A stretch of 64,000 nucleotides of DNA, from NCBI RefSeq assembly GCF_004010195.1, contig NC_057720.1, positions 33,542,944-33,606,943 of the forward strand, written 5' to 3'. Source of the DNA: Chiloscyllium plagiosum (Eukaryota). The position numbers and the translations under genes were made by a program. The notes under the pieces are model-generated. The model saw nothing but the letters and a program-made list of their open reading frames with translations, was not told the origin of the DNA and ran no database searches. Shown here one piece after another: positions 13,412 through 26,339 of the stretch; position 1 is the first letter of the stretch, and each line of letters opens with the position of its first letter.

Positions 13412-13800
13412 CTGTTGAGAACAGGCAGCCCAAGACAGTAGTGAGAACAGGCAGCCCAATGCAATGGTGAGAACAGGCAGCCAAGACAACAGTCAAGTCG
13501 GTCGTCACTAATGGAGCTGTGGGAGTCAGCCCAAGGCAGCAGTGAGAACATGCACCCCCAAGACAGTAGTGAGAACAGGCAGCCCAATGCAATGGTGAGA
13601 ACAGGCAGCCAAGACAACAGTGAGAACAGGCAGCTCAAGACAGCGTTGAGAATAGGCAGTCCAAGGTAATGGTGAGAACAGGCATCGGTGGGAACAGGCA
13701 GCAGTGAGAACAGGCAGCCCAAGGCAGTGATGAGAACAGGCAGGCCATCATAGTAGTGAGAACAGGTAGCTCAAGGCTGCAGTGAGAACAGGTAGCCAAC
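13412..13800. repeat. Continuation of the ~24-bp minisatellite
   Basis: Same gagaacaggcagcccaa units. Confidence 0.9.
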
Positions 13801-14066
13801 AGTCTCCCAGCCCCTGTGACTGGGTGCATAGGAGATTGAGCCAGTACGGTAGAGGATCCAAATACAGAGGAGATCAATCCCTTGGGATTGTGAAATTGTG
13901 CACTTACGACTGACAAATGTTGAACTTGTAATGTTATTGTTTTATTTCTCTACTTTTTAAGGATTGTAATGTTGAACTTTAACTTTTGTTCCACTTTGTG
14001 ATTCAGATTTTGTACCTAAGTAACTTTGTATCTAAGAAGGAATGCAGGAATGGCGACTTTTCCCAC

Positions 14067-14352
14067 TGGCGCTGAGCTGGAAGGTTCGTTTCCAGACATT
14101 TCGTCACCATACTAGGTAAAATCAGCAGTGAGCCTCCAGATGAGGTGACATCTTCAGTAGGCCTCCGGGCAAAGCACTGTTGATAATTCCTGCTTTCTAT
14201 TTATATGTTTGGGTTTCTTTGAGCTGGTGATGTCATTTCCTGTGGCGACATCATTTCCCGTGGTGATCTCATTTCCGTTTTTTTTTCTCAGGGGTTGGTG
14301 GATGGGGTCTAACTCGATATGTTTGTTGATAGATTTTTGGTTGGAATGCCAT
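14067..14352 (-). mobile_element. Penelope-like element 3' end with terminal repeat
   Basis: WHSNQKSINKHIELDPIHQPLR (PLE C-terminus) followed by a degenerate hammerhead-like motif at 14095-14128. Confidence 0.8.
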
Positions 14353-15720
14353 GATAATACTACTCTTGAGGACCTCCTTTTTAAATTCCTGCCTAACTCT
14401 CTGTAAGCTCCCTTCAGAATCTCAACCTTTTCCCTTCCTACATCATTGGTTCCATGACCTACATCATGACCTACTGCTGGTCCTTCTCCCCCTTGAGAAC
14501 ATTCTGCACCCTCTCTGAGACATCCTTGATCATGGCACCAGGGAAGCAACACACCATTCTGATTTTTCGCTGCTGGCCACAGAAACATCTGTCTGTACCT
14601 CAAACTAGAGAGTCCCTTAACACAATCAACAGCTTGGAACCCGACGTAGCCCTTATTACATTAGAGCTGGTCTCAATACCAGAAACTTGGCTGTTCGTGC
14701 TAAGTACCCCTGAGTGTCCATCACCCCCTATATTTTCCAAAATAGCATATTTGTTTGAAATGGGGATAGCCACAGAAGAATCCTGCACTATCTGCCTAGC
14801 TCGCTTACCTTTCCTGGAGTTAACCCATCTATGTGACTGTATCGGAGACATTCCCCACTTCCTACAACTGCCATCCATCACATTCTCTTGCTCTTGTAAA
14901 TTCCTCATTGCCTCTACCTGCCTCTCCAACCGATCCATTCAATCTGATAGGATTCGCAACCAAAAGCATTTATTGCAGATATAGTCCTCAGTAACCCGTA
15001 AACTCTCCTTAAACTCCCACATCTGACAAGAAGAGCATATCACTCTACTAAGGGCCATTTTTGCTTCTTTCAATCTACAGACCCGAAAAATAGCACTGTC
15101 TTATCCCTCTACAAAACACTGCTCCAGGTTAAACTAATACTTGACTCGATGGGCCGAATGGCCTTACTTTCACTCCTATGTCTTATGGTCTTATGGTCTT
15201 AAGGCTTATATTTTAAGTTTAATCAATAAAACATATAATCAAGAAAGAACCCACTTTACTTACTACTGCAGACTTATTTTAAGGCCGCGCTTAAAATCCA
15301 CTTATCTGCCTCTGTGCTGTGACCTTCCCCAAATAGGTTCCTCCAAGATCAGTTGTGAATTTTACTGTTTTTTTAAATTTTCCCAGACGCACTCTGATGT
15401 CCAGCAATACATGAATTCAACAGCAAAGGCAGTAACTGCTAACTCTGTCAGTTAGCAATGTGGGTTCTTTCTCTCTCTCTCTTTTTCTTTCCTGCACTGA
15501 CCTCACCATGTGCTTCATTTGTTTGTTCTTCTCCCTTTTAAAACTGCTGTTGTTTTGACTTTTTTTTTCTCCAAAGTTCCAAAGCAATGCAACAGCATAT
15601 AAAACAGTAATTGCTGCTCCTGGAATTCGAGGAAATCACCTCCAACACCTAAATTACCTCAAAAAAGGAGCAGCTGTTACAACCAGAAATTTGTCCCGTC
15701 CTCCATCTTGGATTACCCAG
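14353..15720 (-). mobile_element. CR1 LINE 5' part: 5'UTR plus ORF1 (esterase-type), with a 60-bp CR1 tail inserted at ~15142-15201 (+)
   Basis: LERQVEAMRNLQ...IPISNKYAILENIG...IVLRDSLV and GHGTNDVGREK (SGNH-like ORF1 motifs). Confidence 0.8.
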
Positions 15721-16998
15721 AATTGAATTGATTGTCATGTATGCAGAGGCACAGCAAAAAACTTTGGCTTGCGAGCTTTACAGGCAGATCACATAGTTAA
15801 GTAGCATAGATAGCAAATAATAAGTAAACAGCAGCAAAAACAAAAATACAGGTACAGGCAAATGTTAGGAGTTTGTCAGTCCATTCAGTATTCTAGCAAC
15901 AGTAGGGTAGATACTGTTACAAAACTGGCTGGTGCATGTGTTCAGGCTTCTGTGCCTTCTGCCCGATGGCGGAGGTTGTAGAAAAACATTGCCAGGGTGG
16001 GTTGGATCTTTGAGAATGCTGGTGGCCTTTCCTTGACAGCGGGCCGGGTAGATGGATTCTATGGATGGGAGGTTTGCCTTTGTGATTGTCCGGGCCGAGT
16101 TCACCTCTCTCCGTAACCGTCTCCGATCTTGAATGGTACAGTTGCCATACCAGGTTGTGATACATCCAGACAGAATGCTCTTGACGGTGCACCTATAAAA
16201 GTTGGCAATGGTCATGCCCAATTTCCTCAGCTGCCTGAGGGAGAAGAGACATTGTTGGGCCTTTGCAACCAGTGCATCCACATGAAGAGTCCAAGAAAGC
16301 TTGTTGTAGTTGACCACTCCCAGGAGCTTGACACCCTCCACTCGTTCTACCTCTGTGCTGTTAATGTGTAGGGGGGGCATGAGTAACATCCCGCCGAAAG
16401 TCAATAATAAGTTCCTTGGTTTTGCCGGCATTGAGAGCTAGGTTGTTCTCGATGCACCATTTTTCCAGGTCTTCCACCTCCCGTCTGTAGTCTGTTTCAT
16501 CGCCATCTGAGATTCAATTGACTATGGTGGTGTCATCAGCAAACTTGTAAATGGCATTAATCTAATATTTGGCAACGCAGTCATGGGCATACAATGAGTA
16601 CAGTAGGGAGCTGAGCATGCACTCCTGGGAGGCTCCAGTGTTGAGTGTTAGTGACAATGAAATATTGTCCCCAGTCTTCACTGATTGTGGCCTGTGGGTC
16701 AGGAAACTGAGGATCCAGTTGCAGACAGTGAGGCTTAAGCTGAGATCACTAAGTTTAGTAATCAGTCTCGAGGGAGTAATAGGCTGAACTGTAGTCAATG
16801 AGTAGGATTCTTATGTAGCTGTTCTTGGTGTCAAGATGTTCTAGGGAGGAGTGAAGTGCAAGTGATATGGCATCTTACGTGGATCTGTTGGTCCGATAGG
16901 TAAATTGGAGTGAGTCAAGAGTAGTGGGGAGGTTGGAGTTGATTAATGTTATGACCAGCCTTTCAAAGCACTTTATGACCACCAAAGTGAGGGCTACT
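15721..16998 (-). mobile_element. Rex1/Babar-type LINE, 5'-truncated and frameshifted
   Basis: CNWILSFLTHRPQSVK...LNTGASQECMLSSLLYSLY; VERVEGVKLLGV...KAQQCLFSLRQLRK...FYRCTVKSILSGCITTWYGNC. Confidence 0.9.
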
Positions 16999-18027
16999 TT
17001 CAAATGTTCTGAAGTTCTGAAAGGTGCTATGCAAATACAAATGATTTCTTTCTTGGTTTATTGTGAATTCACCTTTTTGTGGGCTCTGTACATCTGCAAA
17101 CTGGAACGCAATTTACATTTCTCTTGCAAGCTGTTTAACATAAGATTTCCCTGTTGAAGAAGGATGTCACAAAGAACTTTAGCTGATGCGGGAAGACAGT
17201 GAGTATGGGATGGTGTGTATATACAAGTCACCACTGCGTGGCATTGTATACCTTATGAACAATAGCATACGTTGACTATTCATCTTAATAATTCTTCCTC
17301 AAGGTTTTCTAAATGCTGATGCCTCATAGATCCAAACTGCAAGAAGGCACACTTGAATATGAATTTAAATACTTTAAAAACAGCTCATGTAAACAATGTT
17401 ATTGCTCCTATATGTGTTGACTGTAATTTCCTGGTAGCTTTATAATAATTAAGGAATAGTTTGTAAAACAACTGGATGGGCACTGATGAATTGCTGAATT
17501 ATGCTATGTTATCAGAATCATAATACAGCTGTCCACCTATAACATTCTTTATCAAAAGAAATACCATTTGACCTGTTATTTTTCTATTTCCTCACCTATC
17601 CTCCCTTTTCACACTGAATAGACGTCACATGTACTCCCAGGTCTTATCAATACAATACAGGCAGTACCTTATGAAATTGGTCATTGATCAATTGCCATTC
17701 TAGCTGCTGTGTTGGCAAGTTGTGGAGAACATCAGAAATGGACTTCATCTTATTAAACCTGGGGCCCAACTGCTTTTAATTTGTTTTTTATTGTTCATAA
17801 AATGATCAAAGATAGAAGTATCAGTTCCCAGGCTACAATCTTTAGTATTGTAGCTCATCAATGTGTAGAAACTTTGAGACTACTGATTATTCGCAGAATA
17901 AAGTTGGTCATTATACGCTGTGGAGACTACTTTAAGTACATCTAGGTGAAATATAATTCACATTAATCTGTAAAATTGAAAGTTCAGAAATAATTTTTTG
18001 TAATATCATAGGACATAGTGAGTCCTA

Positions 18028-18680
18028 CAGGTAATTCTCCCATAATCCCTCAGTTGCGTTCCAGCGAAACCTCGCTTAATAAAAAATCGCTTAATGCCTC
18101 TGGGAAAAATGGATTTAGAAGCATACCAGCAAAAAATAACACTCACGCTCGCTCAAAAATCACCCAAAAGCCTAACACAAACCATAACAAAGCCTAAATG
18201 AAGGTTTAAGTCATATTTATTAACAAAACGAAAGTAAATTTAACACATTACATTGAAAAAATATTGTTAATGCAGGAACAGAGGGTCAGCATCATCACCA
18301 CCTTCAGGTGCAGTTGTGGTTGCAGAAGTGGATGGCTGTGGTTGATTGTCTTCTGGGGGTTGGTTTACAGTGTGTGATATGCAGATACAAGAACAAATTA
18401 GAAAGGCAAATTGTATGCAGAAGAATAATGCAGTCCTGCAGGAGTTGTACAGGGCTTATACAGGAATTATACAAGGATATTTGTATCTCAGAGGGAGTGT
18501 AATGGACATTCATTAGTTTAATTTGTGAGATCAGGCTGCTCAATGTATGGTACTGTACTCTCACATGCTCTGATAGCAGGTGACATCGGCACATGCGCAG
18601 AACAAAACATGCCAAATGATCGCCGCTGGAAACGCGCTACTGCGAACAGAGGTAAGCGTTCTCAAAAATACCAATAAGTT
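18028..18680. mobile_element. Probable non-autonomous Tc1/mariner (Tigger-like) DNA element
   Basis: Starts ta|caggtaattctcccataa, resembling the MITE termini at 7.7-8.3 kb; CpG-richer body; right end unclear. Confidence 0.45.
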
Positions 18681-19399
18681 CTAGAATTTAATTTCAATGT
18701 AAACTAATTATAAAACATAAAATGTAAGACTTGCTTTTGTGAAATGTCTTGTTACTTATTACTTTGTGCACTGAGAAAACTGATGGAACTGTAGGTTGAT
18801 AAGTCTCTGGATCTGATGAACATCATCCTAGAGTATTAAAAGAGGTGCATAATGAAGTAGTGGATGCTCAGTGTTACTTTTCTAAACCTCGTTATATTCT
18901 GGTAAGGTTCCATTGCATTGAAAAGTAACAAGCATAACCCTCTATTCAAGAAGGGAGGGAGGCAACAAACAGAAACAGTAAGTCAGTTAGTTTTATGTTA
19001 TTCTGGAGAAGGTGTTAGAATCGTTCATTAAGAAGGTTGCAACTGTGCACTTGGAAAAACTCTAAATAATCAAGAATATTTATATGGCTTTGTGAAAGGG
19101 AAATCATGTTTAGTTAAGTTATTATAATTTATTGAAGAAGCAAAATGTGTTGTGGGTAAAGATGAGCCCACTGTGGTACTGCACTTGGATTTTCAGAAGA
19201 CATTTGACAAGATGCTACATAAAGGGTTATTACGTAAATTAGGAGCTCATGGTTTAGAGGGTAACAAACTAGCATGGGTAAAAGATAGGCTGGACAGTAG
19301 AAAACAGAAAATATGGAGAAATAAGTCTTTTTAGATTGGCAGATATGACAATTTGGGTCCCACAGGAACCTTTACTGTAATGTTAACTGACTTATATCA

Positions 19400-19532
19400 T
19401 GATTTGGAGGTGCCGGTGTTGGACTGGGGTGTACCAGGTTATGGTCCAACAGGTTTATTTGGAAGCACTAGCTTTCAGGGCACTGCACCTTCATCAGGTG
19501 GTTGTGGATATAACCCAGTGTTGTGTGATTTT
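19400..19532 (-). mobile_element. Short PLE-type terminal-repeat insertion (family 3) with 12-bp TSD
   Basis: TGACTTATATCA at 19388-19399 and 19533-19544; second family copy at ~27978-28095. Confidence 0.75.
19466..19500 (-). ncRNA. Minimal hammerhead ribozyme motif (intact core)
   Basis: CAC-CUGAUGA-AGGUGC(AGU)GCCCU-GAAAG-CUA-GUG: helix I CAC/GUG, palindromic AGCU helix III, CUA triplet. Confidence 0.7.
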
Positions 19533-20479
19533 TGACTTATATCACAGAATTAGATGAGGGGATCAAAGGCATAATGAAAAAAAAGTCGTATATTGTGGGA
19601 AAATGCAAACTTGTTCATTTTTGCATGAACAATAAAAGGGCAGCATATTATTTGAATGGAGGGGGATTGGGCAGGTTAGTTCTGTATCCTTTAGAGTTTT
19701 CAAGAATCAGCGGTGTTCTTATTGAAGCATTTATGATCCTGTGGGCGCTTGAAAAGCTGCATACTAAAACGATGATTCCCTATCTGGAAGAGTCTAGAAC
19801 TGTAGATAGTATCATTGGCAGATGTGAAGAGCTTATTTTCCCAACAATCACACCTCATTATGTACCCGAGGTCAGAGCTGAAGTTACAACTATAACCAAG
19901 ACTAAAGTGTTACAGCCTTCCTGAAACACAGTAAACTCATCAGAAATGATACACTGTGTGAACACTCTCCCTCCTTTTTAAAAAAAAAGCCACAGCAACT
20001 CCTGATTTGAAAACAGGTTTTACAAGGGCTAAAGGACAGACCCAATCATACAAAGAAATCTGAGAACAAAGCATGAAAAACATTGAACAGGGATGTTTTC
20101 TATATTAATTCAGTTTTATCTGTTGTTCATTGCTGCCATTTTGATTTTTTGAAATCATGTGAAAACAAAGTACATATGACATCACTAGTCTCTCTTTTTC
20201 ACCATGAATGCCACCTACAGGCATAAGACAACTACTTTCAAAGTCACAGCATGAAAAGAAAGTGTGTCCAACAATATAAAAAAAATACAAAGCAATTCAA
20301 AAGCACCACAATACTGATTCTTACAGTGGTATTTTAAAGAACACAGTAAAAATGGAAAGCCAAGATCTCAACATGGTTTGGCATTCTATTGACATTCTTT
20401 TAGAATTTTAGTTATTTAGAGAAAGACTTAATCCTAACTGCCTGGACCACCGAGTAGGTGATGTAGAAAGATTCTTTAC

Positions 20480-21010
20480 TGCTTTTGAAAACAAAAGATT
20501 ACAATGGCTTATTTCTGCCAACATTTCTAATGATGACTTCAAAGATTCTGATAATATTGTCCTGCTTTTAGAAGGACAACAAAAAGTGCAAGTCAACTTC
20601 AGGAAACATAAGCTTGACTCAATATCAGATCAACGACAGCCAGGTGAAATAATTGACCATTGCATAGGTAGGTACAGAATGTGATTTCACTGGAGCTAAG
20701 TTAGCTGAAAAACCTACAAAAATTATCATGCGCATACTCCTATTAAATCCTTCGGGAAATTACTTATAGACAAATCCAAAGAAAGTATAAATTGCACACT
20801 GCTAGAAGAAATCAACTTCAATACAACTGTGACAGGTCAGCAACATCTTCTGATGCTCAAATTGACTATCTGTTCCAACAGGTTTAGCAAAACATCTCAA
20901 TCTAAATGTAACTTGTAGCTTGTCTCACCTACCTAAACAGTGCCTAGCACCTTGCAACATATGCAAGCTATGTTCCACAAGAAAATATTTGTCTAAAAAG
21001 TGCAAGAAAT
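20480..21010 (+). mobile_element. Decayed Ty3/Gypsy gag relic
   Basis: VNFRKHKLDSISDQRQPGEIIDHCIG (Q..GE..D.F-like) and HLPKQCLAPCNICKLCSTRKYLSKKC (CPA..C..C zinc-knuckle-like). Confidence 0.6.
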
Positions 21011-21439
21011 CATATTGTCCAGGAAAACCCAAAGTGCAACACAGTGCTTAACAGCAATATGTGAAGAAGGGTCAACCAAGGAACAATCTCAAGGACTTAG
21101 CTAAAATTCCATCCGTGGCATGCAAGCATGTAAACAAAATCTAAGAAGTATGCAGACCAGACCAGACAGACAGTGTATTTTTAAGACAGTTATATGGTAG
21201 CACATCTGACATTCCAATATGAATGTATGGACCCCACTTTCATTCAGGCGCTGAGTACAATGAAATTATTGTTTAAGTTATTTGTATGTAATATTCAATA
21301 GTGTCAATAATGACAGTTTGGCCATGTGCAGCAATGTAAAAGTATTAGTGTTATTAATAAACTTCAAGACATCTATCTCAACAAGACCCAGTCATCATGA
21401 TAGATATTACAAGAGCTAATATACATGGCAGTTGTTAGA

Positions 21440-21860
21440 CCATTTCATACTAGTAGTGATGTTTGACCCAAGAAATTAGTTCATTCACCTACTCCTGATA
21501 AGCTTTGACTCTCTGCTTAGTCATGAACCTGTCTACTTTTTCTTTAAAAATATTCAATGACATTGCCTTCACTGTTCTCTGACAACAGGAATCAAACACT
21601 CACAAAGCTTTGAGGGAAAAACATTGCTCCAACATCCATCTAAATGCAAGATACTCTATTTTTCAACTGTATCCACTAGTGCTGGTCTCTCCCACAAATG
21701 ACAACTTTCTTTCAGCATCCACCCTGTCAAGTTCTGCCAGGAACTTATACATCTCAAAAAGATCATCTCTTATTCTTCTCAATTCCAAAGGATACAGGCC
21801 TACCCTGCCTATCTTTCCCTCACAAGGTAACAAAGCTGATCTTCATCCCAATTATCAATC
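21440..21860 (-). mobile_element. Decayed CR1 3' fragment
   Basis: Antisense of CR1 C-terminus (catctcaaaaagatcatctcttattcttctcaattccaa). Confidence 0.7.
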
Positions 21861-22453
21861 GAGTAAGTCATTCAATGTCTGCTCATATTTCCTTTTTACT
21901 ACGCATTTTTTCTGAATTTCAGCACTAATTTTTGTTGCAGTCATTGGGACATTACTATCTGCTAATCCTTTTTGTGAAGATTGGGCCTTTCTAGCCTGCA
22001 TCTGAGTCTGAATGCAGCCAACATGATAAAGGTCAGCTATAGCATTCTCTTTTGATTTATTGCAGTTGAATCGCAAGAGAAGTATTGCATAGCCCACATC
22101 TGTCTCCTTGACAATGCCATTGTTGATTTTGCAGATTTTGGTCTGAGAATAGTCCCGGGGTTGATTATCTTCTACTAGCTTCTACCTTACAAAGTTTGAA
22201 ATTTTTTGATTCTGAAGATGATTGCAAGCAATTCCTTTTCTATCTATACAATGTTGTGTTCACGCTTGGTAAGAGAACATGACACAAGTGATATGGGCCA
22301 CTTTTAACCTCATCCAAGACAGAATTGCACCAGTTCCATAGTGTATTGCATTGCTTCCCACAATGATCCCCAGAGGGGTCATGAGACAAGATTTCAGGGT
22401 CACTGGTTCCAAGGCACCGATGGCTACCATGGAGTGCAGGATTGCTCACTTAC

Positions 22454-22537
22454 TGCTCCGAGGTCCTTTTAAATCCTCAACTTTCTTTCAAATGGTGGGC
22501 ACGGTCTAACAGTCAGATCTCTGAGGTCCACTTGCAG
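22454..22537 (-). other. Candidate non-coding (5'UTR or lncRNA) exon
   Basis: Acceptor tttatttttgcag| and donor |gtaagt on the minus strand; 84 nt; stops in all three frames. Confidence 0.4.
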
Positions 22538-23673
22538 CTGCAAAAATAAAGCTTATTCAGAGGTTCTTTGTAAAAGATTCAATTGGATTAAGTAATTGCC
22601 TCCACACACAACCTCTGCACACCCACTGCTGGTTATGAGCGAAAACACCATGCCTGCCTAGCAGCTCAGGCTATCCTGCTCACCATTGATCTTACATAAT
22701 ATCAGAGGCATTAAAATGGAGTTAAGTCCAGGAACAAAACTTGAAATCACTGTTTTAAAGCATTACGTGCTGACCTCAGGCAACGATTTTGGTTATAATA
22801 AACAAGCAATGCATCACTGCTCAGGTTTCTCTTCCAAGCAACATAGAGGAATGGTTACTGGACCTGAAATGTTAACTCTGATTTCTCTTCACACATGCTG
22901 CCAGATCTGTGGAGCTTTTCTAGTAATTTCTGTTCTTGTTTCTGATTTACACATCCACATTTCTTTTGGTTTTTAATATGAACATCTTGTTTTGCATTGG
23001 ACCATTCCTATTTCACATTTTCTTCAGCAACTCATGTAGTCATGGAGATGATACTGTTTGCTGAAGGATTCTGTAGTGTTTAAGGAATCCTTCCTTCTCT
23101 GGTCTGGGTTGGCTTCTACTGCTATCTCTAAAGCACTGGAACAATTGCCTCACTTTAGTGAGAGCGCTGTTTAAGCATGGCATCTATCCTTTGGTCCATG
23201 ATGGAGCAGATATTTCCCAGATTTGTGGAGGGACATGCCTGCACTTATTTGAAATGTTAAGGCTGTTCAACTGATCCTGGACATGCTGGTGTAGCATGTT
23301 CATCTTCCTTGTCCAGTTTGTGGAATATTACTTGACAGAAATTAAGAAGACCAACACAAGGGAAAGTCAGTTCACAGGTCTACATTTACTGCATCATTGC
23401 ATACTACACATGTCCAAATATTCTACCATATTAATATACAGTAGGTTAACCTAGCTTTTGATCATCTGCCCTCATGCCTTCTTATGATGCTCAATGTTAT
23501 TCTTTGTTGTATACTGATCATTTTAAGCATCTTGAGATGTTTTATTACGTTAAATGCATTACATAACACTTTTAATGCAAATAACATAATTTCAACAATT
23601 CTGCAAAATATCTTTCTACCTTGTCTTTACAAGGTACTAAAAAAAAACTTCTGTTATTTATTTTTTAGGATTT

Positions 23674-25210
23674 ACTTACCGTGCTTGTGCTTACTTTCAC
23701 TCCTATTGAAAGAATTCACAAGCAGGTGAAGCTGAACCAGAGTAGACAAAGGGTTAAGTGGAATTAATCTTTCTTCCTCAACCCCTTCACACATTGCACC
23801 CTCTGGTGGCAGATTTGAATTTGATCCTTGCAGGATTCCGTACCTTTTTTTTAGAATAGTTATGTAGCGGTTCCAAGGCAAATGGTAACATTGTAACTAA
23901 CCGCTGGGAGTGAAGCCAGGTTTCTACTCCGCATTGATACAATCTGTCCTCCTCCCGCTGGACAGTTCTTTGTGGCCCCTTTGCTCGGCCGCAGCATGTA
24001 GGGGACTATTACAAAGATTTTCTTTTTTTAAATATAGAATGTGTAAGATTTTATTTTCATGCTTTTGTCCATATTGTCCCCTCCCCCTCTCATTTCTAAA
24101 TGTCTTGTGTCTTTGAGTGCCTTTTCTAGCGGCGGATGATTGCATTGGGTGAATTTTTTTTTGCACGCTGCAATTTCTATCTCGCTCGTTTTGATCAACG
24201 GAGAGGTAAAGACAAACAAAGATTTATTCCTAGTAGGAGATGTATCGGTGCTACATTTTGCAGTGGGAAAACAGGTGAGTTTAATATTTTAAGATGTATG
24301 TTAGTCCAGAAATATACGCAGATGCGATTTATTTAATTTATTTAAAATTAATGAAAGCCTTTAGGATTCCTTTCTTCCTCCCCGGTTCTCGGATTTCTAA
24401 GGACCTGACGAGTTAATACCGGGTTCTCTCGCCATACTATTTAGACAGCATTGATCCTGTTAAACGCTGCTCAATTTCCATCAAGTCGGCTTCAGGTGTC
24501 AGTTCCGATTCAGTGGTGTATTTGTTCATCTGTTTTTAGGCTGCAAAAATTGTTGCAATCAATTAACTATTTTATTTATGTTTTTGCAATACTCCATCCA
24601 TTTCAGTTAATTTGCTGTCGCCAATTTTATTATTTCTGATTATGATTTGCACCAGTACAATTAATGTTTAACTCCATATCCGTGGCCAATAATTTCCTAG
24701 TATGTTAGACATCAATTTTTTTTACAACATTTTCTCTATATTTCTCACATTTAAAATATATTATTTTACCTTTTAGCGTTTTAAAATGAAAAGTATCATT
24801 GGCTGCCCTTCTTACGTTTTTTTCTGTAAAGTATGTCATGTATGCTTAAGGATGCAAATTGATTTATTTAATTTGTTGCCTTTAGCTACAAGTTCTACTT
24901 ACATCTTAGGTTTCAGTTGATCTTGGATGCATTCTGCATTTGCATGACGTACTGATAATGTATACTATTTCAAAATTCTCATTGATAAATTTATCAGACC
25001 ATGTCAAATGCCTGTGCTGGCGTTACAATAATTTGCAGACTTGCTTGTGCCGCGAGCCAGTGTTTTGTTTTTACTTATTAACTCAGTCGCCACGTTGGCT
25101 TCCATAGCAACTATCAAATCTTTCCTTTTGTCATGTTAGAGGTGGAAAGTATACGTGATGCTTTTCAGGTTTAAGAAGAGTAATGGGGCAAGGGTGAGAG
25201 AAAGGTAAGG
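23674..25210. promoter_or_regulatory. Candidate divergent promoter / first-exon region
   Basis: No recognisable repeats, CpG locally retained; minus donor ACG|GTAAGT (23680), plus donors CAG|GTGAGT (24274) and AAG|GTAAGG (25204); X-box-like GCTTCCATAGCAAC at 25098-25111. Confidence 0.5.
23794..23812 (-). promoter_or_regulatory. CTCF-binding motif
   Basis: CTGCCACCAGAGGGTGCAA closely matches the CTCF core CCACCAGRGGGCGC. Confidence 0.65.
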
Positions 25211-25913
25211 TAAATGACAAAATAGTTTTCCTTCTTTCCTTCCCCAGGCTGCACACTTGGATAAGTCACAAATCTCTCAACAGTTGTGAGTCTTTGTTAG
25301 AGCCATTTCAGTCCCGTTCAAGTGAGTCCGAGCGGTTGGTGTTATTTTGTTCTCTTGCTACCCTGCTACCTCATTCACCCTAACTCTGTTGTGCTACACC
25401 ATCTAATGGTTAGCCTGAGAACTGATGGGGCATGAGTTTCTTTGTTTTTGCTGTGGTTTATTTACTTTTAGTGAGATCTATGATATATATCGAGCAGTTG
25501 TATTGTCCCATGTGAAGCTGCGCTCTTGAGATAAAATAGTGCTTTAAAAAATGCCGCGATAAGAAAATTGTCTCAAAGCATCATAATGGTCTTGGACTTC
25601 TCGCATTAAACAGCTAGGTTTTTAAAGCTCTCCTTTTCTTTGAGAGGTGAATGATCTGGATGGTAACTCAGTGCTTTCTGGAGTTCATCTCTATTTTCAT
25701 TCTTATTTCTCAATCTGCAGTTCTCACCATCAATTTAGCAGTGTACAACTTATTCTTTACACGGGTTTTCAAGTTAGTTCTGGAACTCGGGGGGGAAAAG
25801 GTCAAGTGTAGTGGTGTCCTCCATTAACTGCAATCTCAGACACTTCGATAGTAGCTTCGTTGAATACAACAAGCTGCTTAATTGAAGGCTTGTTGATCCT
25901 AGGAGAGGGAGTA

Positions 25914-26339
25914 GGTCAGGCAGCATCCAAGGAGCAGGAGAATTGACGTTTCGGGCATAAGCCCTTCAGGAATGAGGAAAGTGTGTCCAGCAGCCTAAGA
26001 TAAAAGGTAGGGAGGAGGGACTTGGGGGAGGGGCGTCGTAAATGCGATAGGTGGAAGGAGGTCAACCAACCAACCCCCTGCAATCTTCTTCCTGATTTCT
26101 CCGCCCCCACCCCACTCTGGCCTATCACCCTCACCTTGACTTCCTTCCACCTATCGCATTTCCAACGCCCCTCCCCCAAGCCCCTCCTCCCTACCTTTTT
26201 TCTTAGCCTGCTGGACACACTTACCTCATTCCTGAAGAAGGGCTTATGCCCGAAACGTCGATTCTCCTGACCTGCTGCGCTTTTCCAGCAACACAGTTTT
26301 CAGCTCTGATCTCCAGCATCTGCAGTCCTCACTTTCTCC
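25914..26339. mobile_element. Palindromic PLE terminal-repeat insertion (family 1)
   Basis: Arms ~25914-26065 and ~26130-26285 are reverse complements; TCCTAGGAGAGGGAGTA duplicated at 25897-25913 and 26337-26353. Confidence 0.9.
26232..26259 (+). ncRNA. Minimal hammerhead ribozyme motif (intact core)
   Basis: CUGAAGA-A-GGGC(UUAU)GCCC-GAAAC-GUC; short helix I auuc/gauu. Confidence 0.75.

Larger units (their letters stand above)
18780..19800 (+). mobile_element. Decayed CR1 RT fragment
   Basis: LHLDFQKTFDKMLHKGLLRKLGAHGLEG; ITELDEG. Confidence 0.8.

Noticed and set aside
12425..13722. Long ORFs of 228-409 aa
   Set aside because: Artefacts of reading through the N gap plus minisatellite and PLE fragments
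11715..13800. CRISPR-like repeat array
   Set aside because: Degenerate tandem units without unique spacers, eukaryotic context, no cas genes
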